Shown here piece by piece: positions 10,507 to 22,214 of a DNA stretch of 64,000 bases. The notes under the pieces are model-generated. The model made no database searches, was not told the origin of the DNA, and was given only the letters and a program-made list of their open reading frames with translations. The stretch comes from Heteronotia binoei. Its lineage: Eukaryota. The stretch is taken from positions 130,758,001-130,822,000 of the forward strand of contig NC_083230.1 of the NCBI RefSeq assembly GCF_032191835.1, written 5' to 3'. Position 1 is the first letter of the stretch, and each line of letters opens with the position of its first letter. A program made the translations under genes and the position numbers.

Positions 10507-11017
10507 ATAAGAACATAAGAGAAGCCATGTTGGATCAGGCCAACGGCCCATCCAGTCCAACACTCTGTGTCACACAGTGGCAAAAATTTTTATATATACA
10601 CACACACTGTGGCTAATAGCCACTGATGGACCTGTGTTCCATATTTTTATCTAAACCCCTCTTGAAGGTGGCTATACTTGTGGCCGCCACCACCTCCTGT
10701 GGCAGTGAATTCCACATGTTAATCACCCTTTGGGTGAAGAAGTACTTCCTTTTATCCATTTTAACCTGTCTGCTCAGCAATTTCATCGAATGCCCACGAG
10801 TTCTTGCATTGTAAGAAAGGGAGAAAAGTACTTCTTTCTCTACTTTCTCCATCCCATGCATTATCTTGTAAACCTCTATTATGTCACCCCACAGTCGACG
10901 TTTCTCCAAGCTAAAGAGTCCCAAGCGTTTCAACCTTTCTTCATAGGGAAAGTGCTCCAGCCCTTTAATCATTTTAGTTGCCCTTTTCTGGACTTTCTCC
11001 AATGCTATAATATCCTT
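10507..11017 (-). mobile_element. CR1 LINE 3' fragment inserted ~35 nt upstream of the OR1 splice acceptor
   Basis: KDIIALEKVQKRATKMIKG...RSISGY coding, 3'UTR and tail. The paralogous sites after GAGAAGAC in OR2-4 lack it. Confidence 0.93.
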
Positions 11018-11134
11018 GGCATAGCAAGCATAATTGGGATTGGGCAGTTTATAGCTCACTGAACTCAATGTGGAAGAAGCAAGATCCTTGGAATAGTGCC
11101 CCTCGTGGACATTAAATGTTTTACTGATTCCCAA

Positions 11135-11878
11135 AACTGATTGGTTTAGAATAGGAAAAGGAATTCGACAAGGATGTATATTGTCACCCTGCTTATTTAA
11201 TCTATATGCAGAGTACATCATGTGGAATGCTGGCCTGGATGAAGCAGAAGCAGGAATTAAGATTTCTGTAGAAGACATCAACTACCTCAGATATGCAAAT
11301 TTCACCACTCTAATGGCAGAAAGTGAGGAGGACCTAAAGAACCTCTTGTTGAGGGTGAAAGAAGAATGCACAAAAGTAGGCTTGAAACTCAACATCAAAA
11401 AAACTAAGATCATGGCATTCGGCCCCATCACACCTTGGCAAATAGAAGGGGAAGACATGGAAGTAGTGACAGATTTCACATTTCTGGGATCCAAGATCAC
11501 TGCAGAAGAATAGATGCATTTGCTGGAGAAGAATCTTGAGAGTCCCTTGGACTGTAAGAAGGTCAAATCAGTCAGACCTAAGGGAAATCAACCAAGACTG
11601 TTCCCTGGAAGGTCAGATGATTAAACTGAAGCTCAAATACTTTGGCCACCAAATGAGAAGGGAGCACTCCCTGGAGAAGATCCTGATGCTGGGAAAGACA
11701 GAAGGCAAAAGAAGAAGGGGACGGCAAACGAGGAGATGGCTGGACAATATTACTGATGTAACAAATACAAATTTGAGCAGACTTTGGAGGATGGTGGAAG
11801 ACAGGAGGGCCTGGTGTGACTTTGTCCAGGGGGTCGCAAAGAGTCGAACTCCACTGTGCGACTGAACAACAAAAAAAG
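11135..11878 (+). mobile_element. RTE-BovB LINE 3' fragment with an internal deletion
   Basis: TDWFRIGKGIRQGCILSPCLFNLYAE, LRYANFTTLMAES, KLKLKYFGH and GVAKSRT; (CAA)n/A tail. Confidence 0.9.
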
Positions 11879-12046
11879 GTCAGGTTCCTCCCTCCCTCCC
11901 CTGAAACTGCCCCCCAGCACCCCCCAGTGGTCTCCTCCATGCAAAAAGACAGTGTCGCTGTTCTCCCCATCCTGCAGCTATCTGCTTCCTTTGAACAAAG
12001 TTTGAGTCCAGTGGAAGCTTGAGACCAACCACGTTTTATTAAGCTT

Positions 12047-13045
12047 ACATAAGAACATCAAAACGTAAGAGAAGCCATGATGGATCAGGCCAATGGCCCA
12101 TTCACTCCAACACTCTGTGTCACACAGTGGCCGGGAAAACCAAATGCCATCACTAGAAGCCCTCCCACTGTGCCCCATCAAGTACCAAGAATACAGAGCA
12201 TCACTGCCCCAGACATACAAAGGTAAGAGAAGCCCTGTTGGATCAGGCCAATGGCCTATCCAATCCAACAGTCTGTCACACAGTGGCCAAAAAACCCAGG
12301 TGTCATCAGGAGGCCCATCAGTGGGGCCAGGACACTAGAACCCCCCCCCCCCCACCAAGCACCAAGAAGACAGAGCATCACTGCCCCAGACAGAAGAACA
12401 TAAGAGAAGCCATGTTGGATCAGGCCAATGGTCCATCCAGTTCAACACTCTGGACGTTTTCACACTCACCTTCAGCCGGCGCGACCCCCCTCTTCACTGC
12501 GCAGGATCTGCGCGGATTTCACACTAAATGCCGCGGAGCAGCCGGAAGAGCCGGAAGCTCCCATCACAAAAGCTGCGCAAACGGAAACTGCTTTTTGGCG
12601 GTTTACGTTTGAGCGGCTTTTGCGCCGGGAGCTTCCGGCTCTTCCGGCTGCTCCGCGGCATTTAGTGCGAAATCCGCGCAGATCCTGCGCGGTGAAGAGG
12701 GGGGTCGCGCCGGCTGAAGGTGAGTGCGAAAACGCCCTCTGTGTCACACAGTGGCCAAAAAACCCAGGTGCCATCAGGAGGTCCACCAGTGGAGCCAGGA
12801 CACTAGAAGCCCTCCCACTGTTGCCCCCCCCCCCAAGCACCAAGAATACAGAGCATCACTGCTCCAGACATAAGAGAAGCCATGTTGGATCAGGCCAATG
12901 GCCCATCCAGTCCAACACTCTGTGTCACATAAGAACAGAAGAGAAGCCATGTTGGATCAGGCCAGTGGCCCATCCAGTCCAACACTCTGTGTCACACAGT
13001 AGCCAAAAAACCCAGGTGCCATCAGGAGGTCCACCAGCAGGGCCA
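12047..13045 (-). repeat. Chain of reiterated CR1 3'UTR/tail segments
   Basis: Several successive copies of ATAAGAGAAGCCATGTTGGATCAGGCCAATGGCCCATCCAGTCCAACAC plus adjoining 3'UTR. Confidence 0.85.
12452..12737. mobile_element. Palindromic GC-rich MITE (PIF/Harbinger-type) inserted in a CR1 3'UTR
   Basis: TIRs GGACGTTTTCACACTCACC / GGTGAGTGCGAAAACGCCC. TCT TSD at 12449-12451 and 12738-12740. Removing it restores the CR1 sequence AACACTCTGTGTCAC. Confidence 0.92.
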
Positions 13046-13134
13046 GGGATATCCCCGGAATAAAACTTTGTTGGTCTTAAAAGTGGTGTTGGGCTCAGAC
13101 TTTGTTCTGCTGCTTCAGACCATCCTGCCTTCCC

Positions 13135-13410
13135 ACTTGAAGAAGAAGATATTGGATTTATATCCCGCCCTCCACTCCGAAGAGTCTCAGAGCGGCTCAC
13201 AATGTCCTTTACCTTCCTCCCCCACAACAGACGCCCTGTGAGGTGGGTGGGGCTGAGAGGGCTCTCACAGCAGCTGCCCTTTCAAGGACAACCCCTGCCA
13301 GAGCTATGGCTGACCCAAGACCATTCCAGCAGGTGCAAGTGGAGGAGTGGGGAATCAAACCCGGTTCTCCCAGATAAGAGACTGCACACTTAACCACTAC
13401 ACCAAACTGG
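13135..13410 (-). mobile_element. Squam3-like SINE
   Basis: (GAA)n tail, CORE-like body and CCAGTTTGGTGTAGTGGTTAAG head on the minus strand. Confidence 0.8.
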
Positions 13411-14114
13411 CACTTGGATCAGCTTCCTTTGAATCCCTCCCCTATTTGCTGCCTGATTCTCCTGCCTGTAATTGGCCATTCACTGTTTGAACAGGGGGAG
13501 TATTCCTCTCTTTTTCATTTCATCCTCACAACGACCAAGTGAGGTAGGTCAGGCTGAGAGAAGATGACTGGCCCATGTTCTTCCACAAAACTTCATGTCT
13601 GAGTATCTGGATGGAAGTGTACTGGATTCTGCTCTGACCTTTGGCCACTTTGTGGCACTGGCTCTCTTAGTGGGTGTTTGGCACTACCTACGCCTGAGGA
13701 AACCCACCAGGAGCTTGGAGCTTCCTCTCTCCCTCCAGTCCTTCCTTCCCCTCCAATTGCCTGTCTGGGATTTCCACTCAAGTGCCTCATTGCCTTCTCA
13801 GATTTCATACATCTATTACAGATTGTACTTTCCTTCTGTCTTTCCAAGGTCTCCTCTCTGTCTCTACTCTGTTTACAGGACCATAAATGAGGCATGGATC
13901 ACTCACCCTATTATTATTTATTTATTGCATGACAGAGTTCCACCCAGGAAGCATAGAACAATATAAAATGCATTACCAAGTATTTTACATAACCAAGGAG
14001 TGTGTAGACTGATTGGGCAATCCCCCCAAATAGTAATATCTAAGTTTTCAGTCTACTCAGTTGCAGCTGCAGAGAGTTAGAAGTGTTTTGTCAGTTTTTG
14101 CTTATTTATTTTTA

Positions 14115-14588
14115 TTAGAATCATAGAGTTGGAAGGGACCTCTGGGGTCATCTAGTCCAAACCCTGCACAATGCAGGGAACTCACAAACCCCTCCCCCTA
14201 AATTCACAGGATCTTCATTGCTGTCAGATGGCCATCTAGCCTCTGTTTAAAAACCTCCAAGGAAGGAGAGCCCACCACCTCCCGAGGAGGAAGACTGTTC
14301 TACTGAGGAACCGCTCTAACGGTCAGGAAGTTCTTCCTAATGTTGAGTTGGAAACTCTTTGGATTTAATTTCAACCCATTGGTTCTGGTCCTACCTTCTG
14401 GGGCCACAGAAAACAATTCCACATCATCCTCTATAGGACACCCCTTCAAGTACTTGAAGATGGTGAACCTATCACCTCTCAGCCACCTCCTCTCCAGGCT
14501 AAACATCCCCAGCTCCTTCAATCTTTCCTCATAGGACTTGGTCTCCAGACCCCTCACAATCTTTGTCGCCCTCCTCTGGACCCGTTTC
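14115..14588 (-). mobile_element. CR1/L3 LINE, second subfamily, 3' fragment
   Basis: [31 protein letters not shown]...RKNFLTVRAV; GATTCTAA tail. Confidence 0.88.
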
Positions 14589-14832
14589 AGCAGGTGCAAG
14601 TGGAGGAGTGGGGAATCAAACCCGGTTCTCCCAGATAAGAGAGCTATGGCTGACCCAAGGCCATTCCAGCAGCTGCAAGCGGAGGAGTGGGGAATCAAAC
14701 CCGGTTCTCCCAGATAAGAGAGCTCTGGCTGACCCAAGGCTATTCCAGCAGCTGCAAGTGGAGGAGTGGGGAATCCAAACCGGTTCTCCCAGATAAGAGT
14801 CCGCACACTTAACCACGACACCAAACTGGCTC
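14589..14832 (-). repeat. Squam3-like SINE head x3
   Basis: Three 79-bp B-box units identical in type to the array at 8479-9337. Confidence 0.8.
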
Positions 14833-15424
14833 TCCATATAGCAACTGTGTAACTGTTTTTACCCCATTACTCCCAAGGCTTGTGTTCTTGGCAAAACTCC
14901 TGAGTTTCTAACAATAATCCTGCTTTTGATTCTAAACAAAGGACTTGGTTATTGAGAAATATCGGCGCTTGACATTGTGATTCTAAGTCAAATCCCTTCT
15001 CTGGCAAATGAACCCTTGACAGGTTCCCTGCATCTGTGCAGATTGCTTTTTTCCATCTGCTCTCTCCCCCCCCCCCCCACTTTCTGTCCAATTCTTTTTT
15101 CCTTCTCTTCCCCACCGTTGACATTTTGCCTGCAAAATCCCCTTAAAACAGGGTGCGCTGGTGGAGTGCTCTATTTTTCCATTTCTATCCCACCCTCCCC
15201 ACAAATATGCTCAGGGTGGGCGATGCTCCCTCTAAGCTGTGCAGTCTTGTGAGCAAAAATTCTACTTTGTGAGCTACTGGCATGAAAGTTGTGAGCTGCT
15301 GCACAGATTAGTGTGTTCTGGGGCCATTTTTTTTCTGAGCTCAGAATCTGTGAGGCTACAAATCTGTGAGCTAGCTCACACTCACTCAGCTCAGAGGGAA
15401 CACCGAAGGCGGGTAACAACAAAT

Positions 15425-17325
15425 CATAAACGTCAACTGCGGGGTGACATGATAGAGGTGTACAAGATGATGCATGGGATGGAGAAAGTGGAGAAAGGAC
15501 TTTTCTCCCTTTCTCACAATACGAGAACTTGTGGGCATTCGATAAAATTGCTGAGCTGTCGGGTTAGAACGGATAAAAGGAAGTCCATCTTCACCCAAAG
15601 GGCTTGAGAGTCATGGAGTAAAAGGACAGGTCCTCTTGTGGATCAAAAACTGGCTGAGTAATAGGAAGCAGAGAGTGAGTATAAATGGGCAGTCTTCACA
15701 GTGGAGGACGGTAAGCAGCGGGGTGCCGCAGGGCTCGGTACTGGGTCCCTTGCTCTTTAACTTATTCATAAATGATTTAGAGTTGGGAGTGAGCAGTGAA
15801 GTGGCCAAGTTTGTGGATGACACTAAATTGTTCAGGGTGGTGAGAACCAGAGAGGATTGTGAGGAACTCCAAAGGGATCTCTTGAGGCTGGGTGAGTGGG
15901 CGTCAACGTGGCAGATGCGATTCAATGTGGCCAAGTGCAAAGTAATGCACATTGGGGCCAAGAATCCCAGCTACAAATACAAGTTGATGGGGCGTGAACT
16001 GGCAGAGACTGACCAAGAGAGAGATCTTGGGGTCGTGGTAGATAACTCACTGAAAATGTCAAGACAGTGTGCGTTTGCAATAAAAAAGGCCAACGCCATG
16101 CTGGGAAATATTAGGAAGGGAATTGAAAACAAATCAGCCAGTATCATAATGCCCCTGTATAAATCGATGGTGCGGTCTCATTTGGAGTACTGTGTGCAGT
16201 TCTGGTCGCCGCACCTCAAAAAGGATATTATAGCATTGGAGAAAGTCCAGAAAAGGGCAACTAGAATGATTAAAGGGCTGGAGCACTTTCCCTATGAAGA
16301 AAGGTTGAAACACTTGGGGCTCTTTAGCTTGGAGAAACGTCGACTGCGGGGTGACATGATAGAGGTTTACAAGATAATGCATGGTATGGAGAAAGTAGAG
16401 AAAGAAGTACTTTTCTCCCTTTCTCACAATACAAGAACTCGTGGGCATTCGATGAAATTGCGGAGCAGACAGGTTAAAACAGATAAAAGGAAGTACTTCT
16501 TCACCCAAAGGGAGATTAACATGTGGAATTCACTGCCACAGGAGGTGGTGGCGGCCACAAGTATAGCCACCTTCAAGAGGGGTTTAGATAAAACTATGGA
16601 GCACAGGTCCATCAGTGGCTATTAGCCACAGTGTGTGTGTATATATAATTTTTTTTTTACCACTGTGTGACACAGAGTGTTGGACTGGATGGGCTATTGG
16701 CCTGATCCAACATGGCTTCTCTAAAAAAAAAAAAGGGTGATTAACATGTGGAATTCACTGCCACAGGAGGTGGTGGCGGCTACAAGCATAGCTAGCTTCA
16801 AGAGGGGATTGGATAAACATATGGAGCAGTCAGGTGAGAACGGATAGAAGGAAGTCCTTCACCCAAAGGGTGATTAACATGTGGAATTCACTGCCACAGG
16901 AGGTGGTGGCGGCTACAAGCATAGCCAGCTTCAAGAGGGGATTGGATAAACATATGGAGTAGAGGTCCATCAGTGGCTATTAGCCACAGCATATTATTGA
17001 AACTGACTGGGGCAGTGATGCTCTGTATTCCTGGTGCATGGAGGGGAGGGGAGGCAAAGTGGAAAGGCTTCTAGCCCCACTTGTGAACCTCCTGATGGCA
17101 CTTGGGGTTTTTTTGGCCACTGTGTGACAAAGAGTGTTGGACTGGATGGACCATGGGCCTGATCCAACATGGCTTCTCTTATGTTCTTATGTGACACAGA
17201 GTGTTGGACTGGAAGGGCCATTGGCCTGATCCAACATGGCTTCTCTTATGTTCTTATGTGACACAGAGTGTTGGACTGGAGGGGCCATTGGCCTGATCCA
17301 ACATGGCTTCTCTTACATTCTTATA
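15425..17325 (+). mobile_element. CR1 cluster: short fragment, 1.1-kb copy, then reiterated 3' ends
   Basis: ORF 15636-16625 (GVPQGSVLGP, FVDDTKL RT motifs), then repeated GGGTGATTAACATGTGGAATTC segments and three 67-bp tail units. Confidence 0.92.
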
Positions 17326-17613
17326 AAAATTTAAAAAAAAAAAAAACAGTCTACATATAGGTGTAAAAACAATTACGCAGATCAAAACAGTTAAAAGATG
17401 GCAAAGCATAAGGAATTAGTAATCATTGTATGACCCCACAGTGAAGTAGACGAAATGGAAAGTAGAACGGCATTATCATTAATTGCATTAATTTAAGCTG
17501 CCAAAAAAGCAAAAACACAATCTGTCATCCTTTGCTCTTGGTGTGTTCTATTAGCTCAGTATGATGAAGTAGGAGTCAAGTGCACCTTTAAGACCAACAA
17601 AGTTTTATTCGGA

Positions 17614-17651
17614 TTGTAAGCTTTTGTATGCATGCAGACTTCTTCAGACAA
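17614..17651 (-). ncRNA. PLE-derived minimal hammerhead-like motif (G12->A, probably inactive)
   Basis: Minus strand: TTGT CTGAAGA A GTCTGCATGCATAC AAAA GC TT ACAA. Stem I (TTGT/ACAA) is intact. Confidence 0.55.
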
Positions 17652-17809
17652 GGGAATGGGGTACAGACTGAGATAGCTCAGTATGGTTCACCTGGAGTGG
17701 TTGTTTTGTCAGCCAAGGGGCTCGAGAAGCCCACCCGTTTCTGCCTGCCCTTTGAGAAGGGAACTACTCAGCATCTAGAAATACTGTTGGCTGGGGAAAG
17801 CTGCTACTC

Positions 17810-18204
17810 ACCTTTGCATGTAGATGACAAGTCAAGGTAGGAGTCCTCCTGCTTCACTTCCGCCTCCATCTCTGGGCTTTTGGTCCCTGCTCATCCTGTT
17901 TGCAAGATCAGTTTAGCCTAAAGTTGTCATGATGTTACTGCATGGTAGCCCCAAGATGTGGAACCTACACCAGGTCTGGAAAGCCTGTCTCCTCTGCCAG
18001 TGTGAAATCTCTGGTGCCCTGGAGCAGTAAGAGGTATACCAAACTGATGCTGCCCAGGAGAGCAGAATTCTGTTCTTGGACGAGGGTCCTTTGGGGATGA
18101 TCCTGGATTGGAGGCCTTCAGGGAATGAAGTGCAGCGGCTGGAAGCTCAGGGGATTTGTTTTGGTTGTGTCTCACATCGTCAGGGGAGAGAAATATAATT
18201 TATA
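17810..18204 (-). promoter_or_regulatory. Putative OR1 promoter/5' non-coding exon
   Basis: TATAAAT at 18204-18198 and AAG|GTGAGT donor (GT at 17811-17810); the motifs recur in five units. Confidence 0.5.
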
Positions 18205-18335
18205 CCCAAAGGCACGTCCAGAACTTGTCAACCTGCTGTGGGCTGGAGTAGTGATTTTGTCCTCAGCTTTCTCCCCCAAGTTACTCCCTGGCCTGAATTT
18301 CTGTTCTGTGCCATTTAGCTGTTGTGGGTTGCATT

Positions 18336-18528
18336 CAATGTTCCCTCTAAGTTTCAGAGTCTTGTGAGCAAAAACACTGCTTTGTGAGCTACTGGCATTA
18401 AAGTTGTGAGCTCCTGCATAAATTACTGTGCTCTGGGGTCATCCTTCCTGAGCTAAGACAAAATGCGTGAGCTGGAAGTTAAAAATCTGTGAGGTAGCTC
18501 ACGCTAACTGAGCTTAGAGGGAACACTG
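18336..18528. mobile_element. hAT MITE
   Basis: CAATGTTCCCTCTAAG/CTTAGAGGGAACACTG TIRs; 8-bp TSD GTTGCATT/GTTGTATT. Confidence 0.88.
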
Positions 18529-18714
18529 GTTGTATTTTGGACTTCTCAAATCTTGTGGCCAAGAGAACTGCTAACAGGAATTCAGACCTGCAAATGGAGT
18601 CTTTTTTTTGTTTTAAAGAATGTTGTAGAGGATGTGCCTTTCTCTCCAAGATGGCAGCCACATGGGAAGATGTGCACATTATCGGGCATGTCACTCCTGG
18701 CCCTGTTAGATTTT

Positions 18715-19110
18715 TATTTATTTATTTATTTATTTGTAATTTATATCCCGCCCTTCCCACCAGGTGGTTCAGGGCGGCTTACAACATATAAAATCTAACA
18801 TGAGACATAAAAGTTTAACATTTCATACAATTTACATAATTAAAATTAAACAATTCAAACAATTTACATATAAAAATATTAAAACATTCTACAGTCTTAT
18901 AAAACTACACTCGATTTCAAATTTCAGTGCCAGTTAGTTGTAAGCCTGCCGGAAGAGGGTTGTCTTATAGGCCCTGCGGAATTGAGCAAGATCCCGCAGG
19001 GCCCTTACCTCTTCCGGCAGCTGGTTCCACCAGGAAGGGGCCATTACGGAGAAGGCCCTATCACTCGTAGATTTCAAACGGGCTTCCTTTGGCCCGGGGA
19101 CAACAAGGGA
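18715..19110 (-). mobile_element. L2 LINE 3' fragment
   Basis: DRAFSVMAPSWWNQLPEEVR...FRRAYKTTLFRQAY followed by a (TAAA)n tail. Empty site in the units at ~25.87 and ~54.57 kb. Confidence 0.88.
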
Positions 19111-19498
19111 CAATTTATGCCAGAGAATCCGTGGTGTTTCAAAAAAGGACTTATTGTAAACATAAAACAGAACAGCTTTCTCCCTTGGAATTCCCTTTCC
19201 CCAGGTTTTTTTTTGTTGTTGTTGGAAGGAAGAAATGGACAATGCAAGGTGTCCTAAAGCAAGCTTACAGAATTTGGAGGGAGCAATAGAACTAGAAGGT
19301 CAGTTTGGTGTAGTGGTTAAGAGCACGGACTCTAATCTGGGACAACTGGGAATCCAAGGCCTGCATAGAGTAACAGGAGTTTCAAGAAAGACATGAGGCT
19401 CTTTCAGTTCCACCATGTGGGTTTTAAGGCACAGTAAATACATTATACCATTTGAAATATATGTTAAAAACATTAAGATCATGCCAAAAACAAAAGGT

Positions 19499-19760
19499 CT
19501 GTATGTAAGTATGTATGCATACTAGTATGTATGTATGCATGTAAGTATGTATATATGTATGCATGTCTGTAAGTATGTATGTATGTTAGTATGTATTTAA
19601 GTATGTATGTAAGTAGGCACATAAATAAGTATCTACCTTGAGCCCATTTACGGGAAAAGACGAAATATAAGCCTACTAAATAAATAAATAAATATGTATG
19701 TGTGTGTGTGTGTGTACGTGTATGTAAGTATGTATGTTTGTATGTAAGTATATGTATAGC
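19499..19760. repeat. (TATG)-type low-complexity tract, present in each unit (also ~24170-24380, 47477-47740, 56270-56465)
   Basis: Degenerate TATG/TAAG/TG repeats are visible directly. Confidence 0.85.
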
Positions 19761-20199
19761 TCTGTTACTAAGTTCAGAATTTTATCACATGAACACAAAA
19801 CTTTGGGCATTTTCCTGGAGAGAGTTGGATTCTCGTCTGAAAAATGTTCCTCCAAGCAGACCTCATCCATGGAAAGTGTTGATCTATCAAAGAGGGAAGA
19901 AATATTCTTATCCCATAATTCTATATAAAAAGGGCAATGGAAAAGACATGTCCCTGTGATTCCGCTTCACATGTAGTGTGGGGGGAAAGTCTTTCTGCAT
20001 ATGGGAGCTTTTTGTATTTCCCTTCTAGTGCCATTGACAGAATAGCCACGCATCTAGTCAGGGTAAATACTCTCCTATGAGAAGAAACACCTAAACAGCT
20101 AAGGCATTGCGCCATAGTCATAACAAATCTAAGCTTCGCGGGAGCCAGAAAGTCTGGTAACTGGAAAATGCTTAGAACTGAGCATTTGGAAAATTGCGC

Positions 20200-20643
20200 A
20201 ACCAGATTCACCACATCTTGTGCGATGTCCCCCCACTGTTGAAAATTGCTTGCAACAGTGCACACATCAATGACTTTGTAATCCACATCGCAAGCTTTGT
20301 AGTGGGTGGGGGTCCCTTCTTCTTTATCATTCTCTCCTATGTCTTCATCCTGTCCTCCATCTTGAAGATCCGTTCCACCAACACCAAGGGCAAAGCCTTC
20401 TCCACCTGTGCTTCTCACCTCACTGTTGTCATCATTTACTTTGGAAATGGATTGCTTAACTATAACCGTCCAAGCGCTGGTTATTCCTTAGAGATTGACA
20501 CTCTGGTCTCAACCATGTTCTGTATAATCCCCCCTATGGTCAACCCCCTCATCTAGAGCCTCCGGAACAAGGACGTGAGAGAGGCCTTCCGGAAGGTTCT
20601 AGAAAGCCAGGCAAAGGCGAAACATCACAATACTATGAATTAA
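20200..20643 (+). pseudogene. OR pseudogene fragment (EC2 to C-terminus only), inverted
   Basis: NQIHHILCD...KAFSTCASH...PMVNPLI then TAG in place of the conserved TAC (Y). The 5' half is absent at the junction near 20197. The native TAA is at 20641-20643. Confidence 0.93.
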
Positions 20644-20845
20644 GGCACCAGAGATGTTTTGTATTCCCTTTAGAGCTACTAATTGTGGGACAATATGGAC
20701 TCTAGTTGTTTGTTTTTGCTGTAGTGGACATGTTGAAGCAGTAAGAAAGACACAGGTTCAACAGGCGAATTGAAATATATGACATGGGGTATTAGAACAT
20801 GAGTAACACACACCATACAAAATAAGCTAAGCTCAAGAATGAAGG

Positions 20846-21793
20846 TGTGACGGAACCGGCCCGATTCTACCTTCAGACTCGGTCCCGTCAACTCCCTATT
20901 GAGTCGCCAACTCCTGGAGGGAGCTATTTCTCCTCCGGCCACTTGGGCTCACTGCCACCACCTGCTCAGTCTAGGGGTTCGGATTGGGAGGAACAGGACT
21001 CCCAATCCCCCTCTCCAGCTCTGAGGCCAGGCCTCAAGGTCCTTTGCCACCCTGTACTTGGGATTCACAGAGACCACAGCACTTCTTCGGGGAACCCCTG
21101 GAGGATTGGCACCTTATCCAACCACAGGCCTTCCCCCTTTCCCCGGGGCCCCCTTCATAAAGTGTGGTCTAAAGCGGTTGGGGATCTATGTGGTACAGAG
21201 TTTGACTGCCTGCATTCAAAGCAGTAAAAATATTTAATTAAAAGAGAAAAAGAAAAGAAAAAAAACAAACAAAACAAAACAAAAACAGTTGCATGTAAAA
21301 TTTTAGCACAGCACAGCACCCACACAGCAACCAGCATGACAAATAAAAGGTGGATTTAAACGCATCCTACAGTCCCTGGTCTAAACGTGCCCTGCCTTGT
21401 GGATGACTTACTCGGTCTGACTGCCTGGGGTCCTTTTCCTCTTGAGTAGGCCTCTCCCACAGTCAGGAGCCCCCACACTGGCCACCTCTTCCTTTGAGCG
21501 CCAGCTGAGAACTGGCCTTTTCCCGCCTAACTCAAATAAATAAAACAAAAGAACTTCCTGCCCCTCTAGGAGGTTTTCCCCCTAGAGTTGCTGGTTTAAC
21601 TCCAGAAGGGGGGAGGCAATGAGGGGAAGGCTAAAGAACTTCCTGCCCCTCTAGGAGGCTTCCCCCCTGGAGGCGCTGGTTTAACTCTGGAAGGGAGGAG
21701 GGATGAAGGGAGGCCAGGCCAAAGCCTGCCTTAGTAGTTTAATGTTCCCTTCCAACGAAGCACCAACATTAACAAAGATGGCGTTCCTCCACA
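20846..21793 (+). mobile_element. Solo LTR (948 bp, Gypsy/ERVL-type 5-bp TSD)
   Basis: TGTGACGG...CCTCCACA with GAAGG TSD at 20841-20845 and 21794-21798. Empty site near 48250. Confidence 0.9.
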
Positions 21794-22214
21794 GAAGGCG
21801 ATATGGAAGGCGAAGGACAGAAAGAGTGAAAAAAAATGGACATGGTAGAGAGCACAGCCTATATATCATTTGCCAAATGTCCATTTCTAAGCATCTTCCC
21901 ATCACTAGACTTTCTGGCTCTCGTGAAGCTTAGATGTGTTATGACTATGGCACAATGTCTTAGCTGTTTAGGTGTTTCTTCTCATAGGAGAGTATTTACC
22001 CTGACTAGATGCATGGCTATTCTGTCAATGGCATTAGAAGGGAAATACAAAAAGCTCCGATATGCAGAAAGACTTTTCCCCAGCACTACATGTGAAGCGG
22101 AATCACTGGGACATGCCTTTTCCATTGCCCTTTTTATAAAGATTTACGGGATAAGATTACTTCTTCCCTCTTTGATAGATTAACACTTTCCATGGATAAA
22201 GTCTGCTTGGAGGA

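Noticed and set aside
10613-11281. 222-aa chimeric ORF
   Set aside because: It is an accidental read-through from antisense BovB and spacer into a CR1 fragment.
20847-21227. 126-aa ORF shared by the solo-LTR copies
   Set aside because: It starts with GTG at the LTR's first bases, has no domain, and is shared only because the LTR copies are near-identical.
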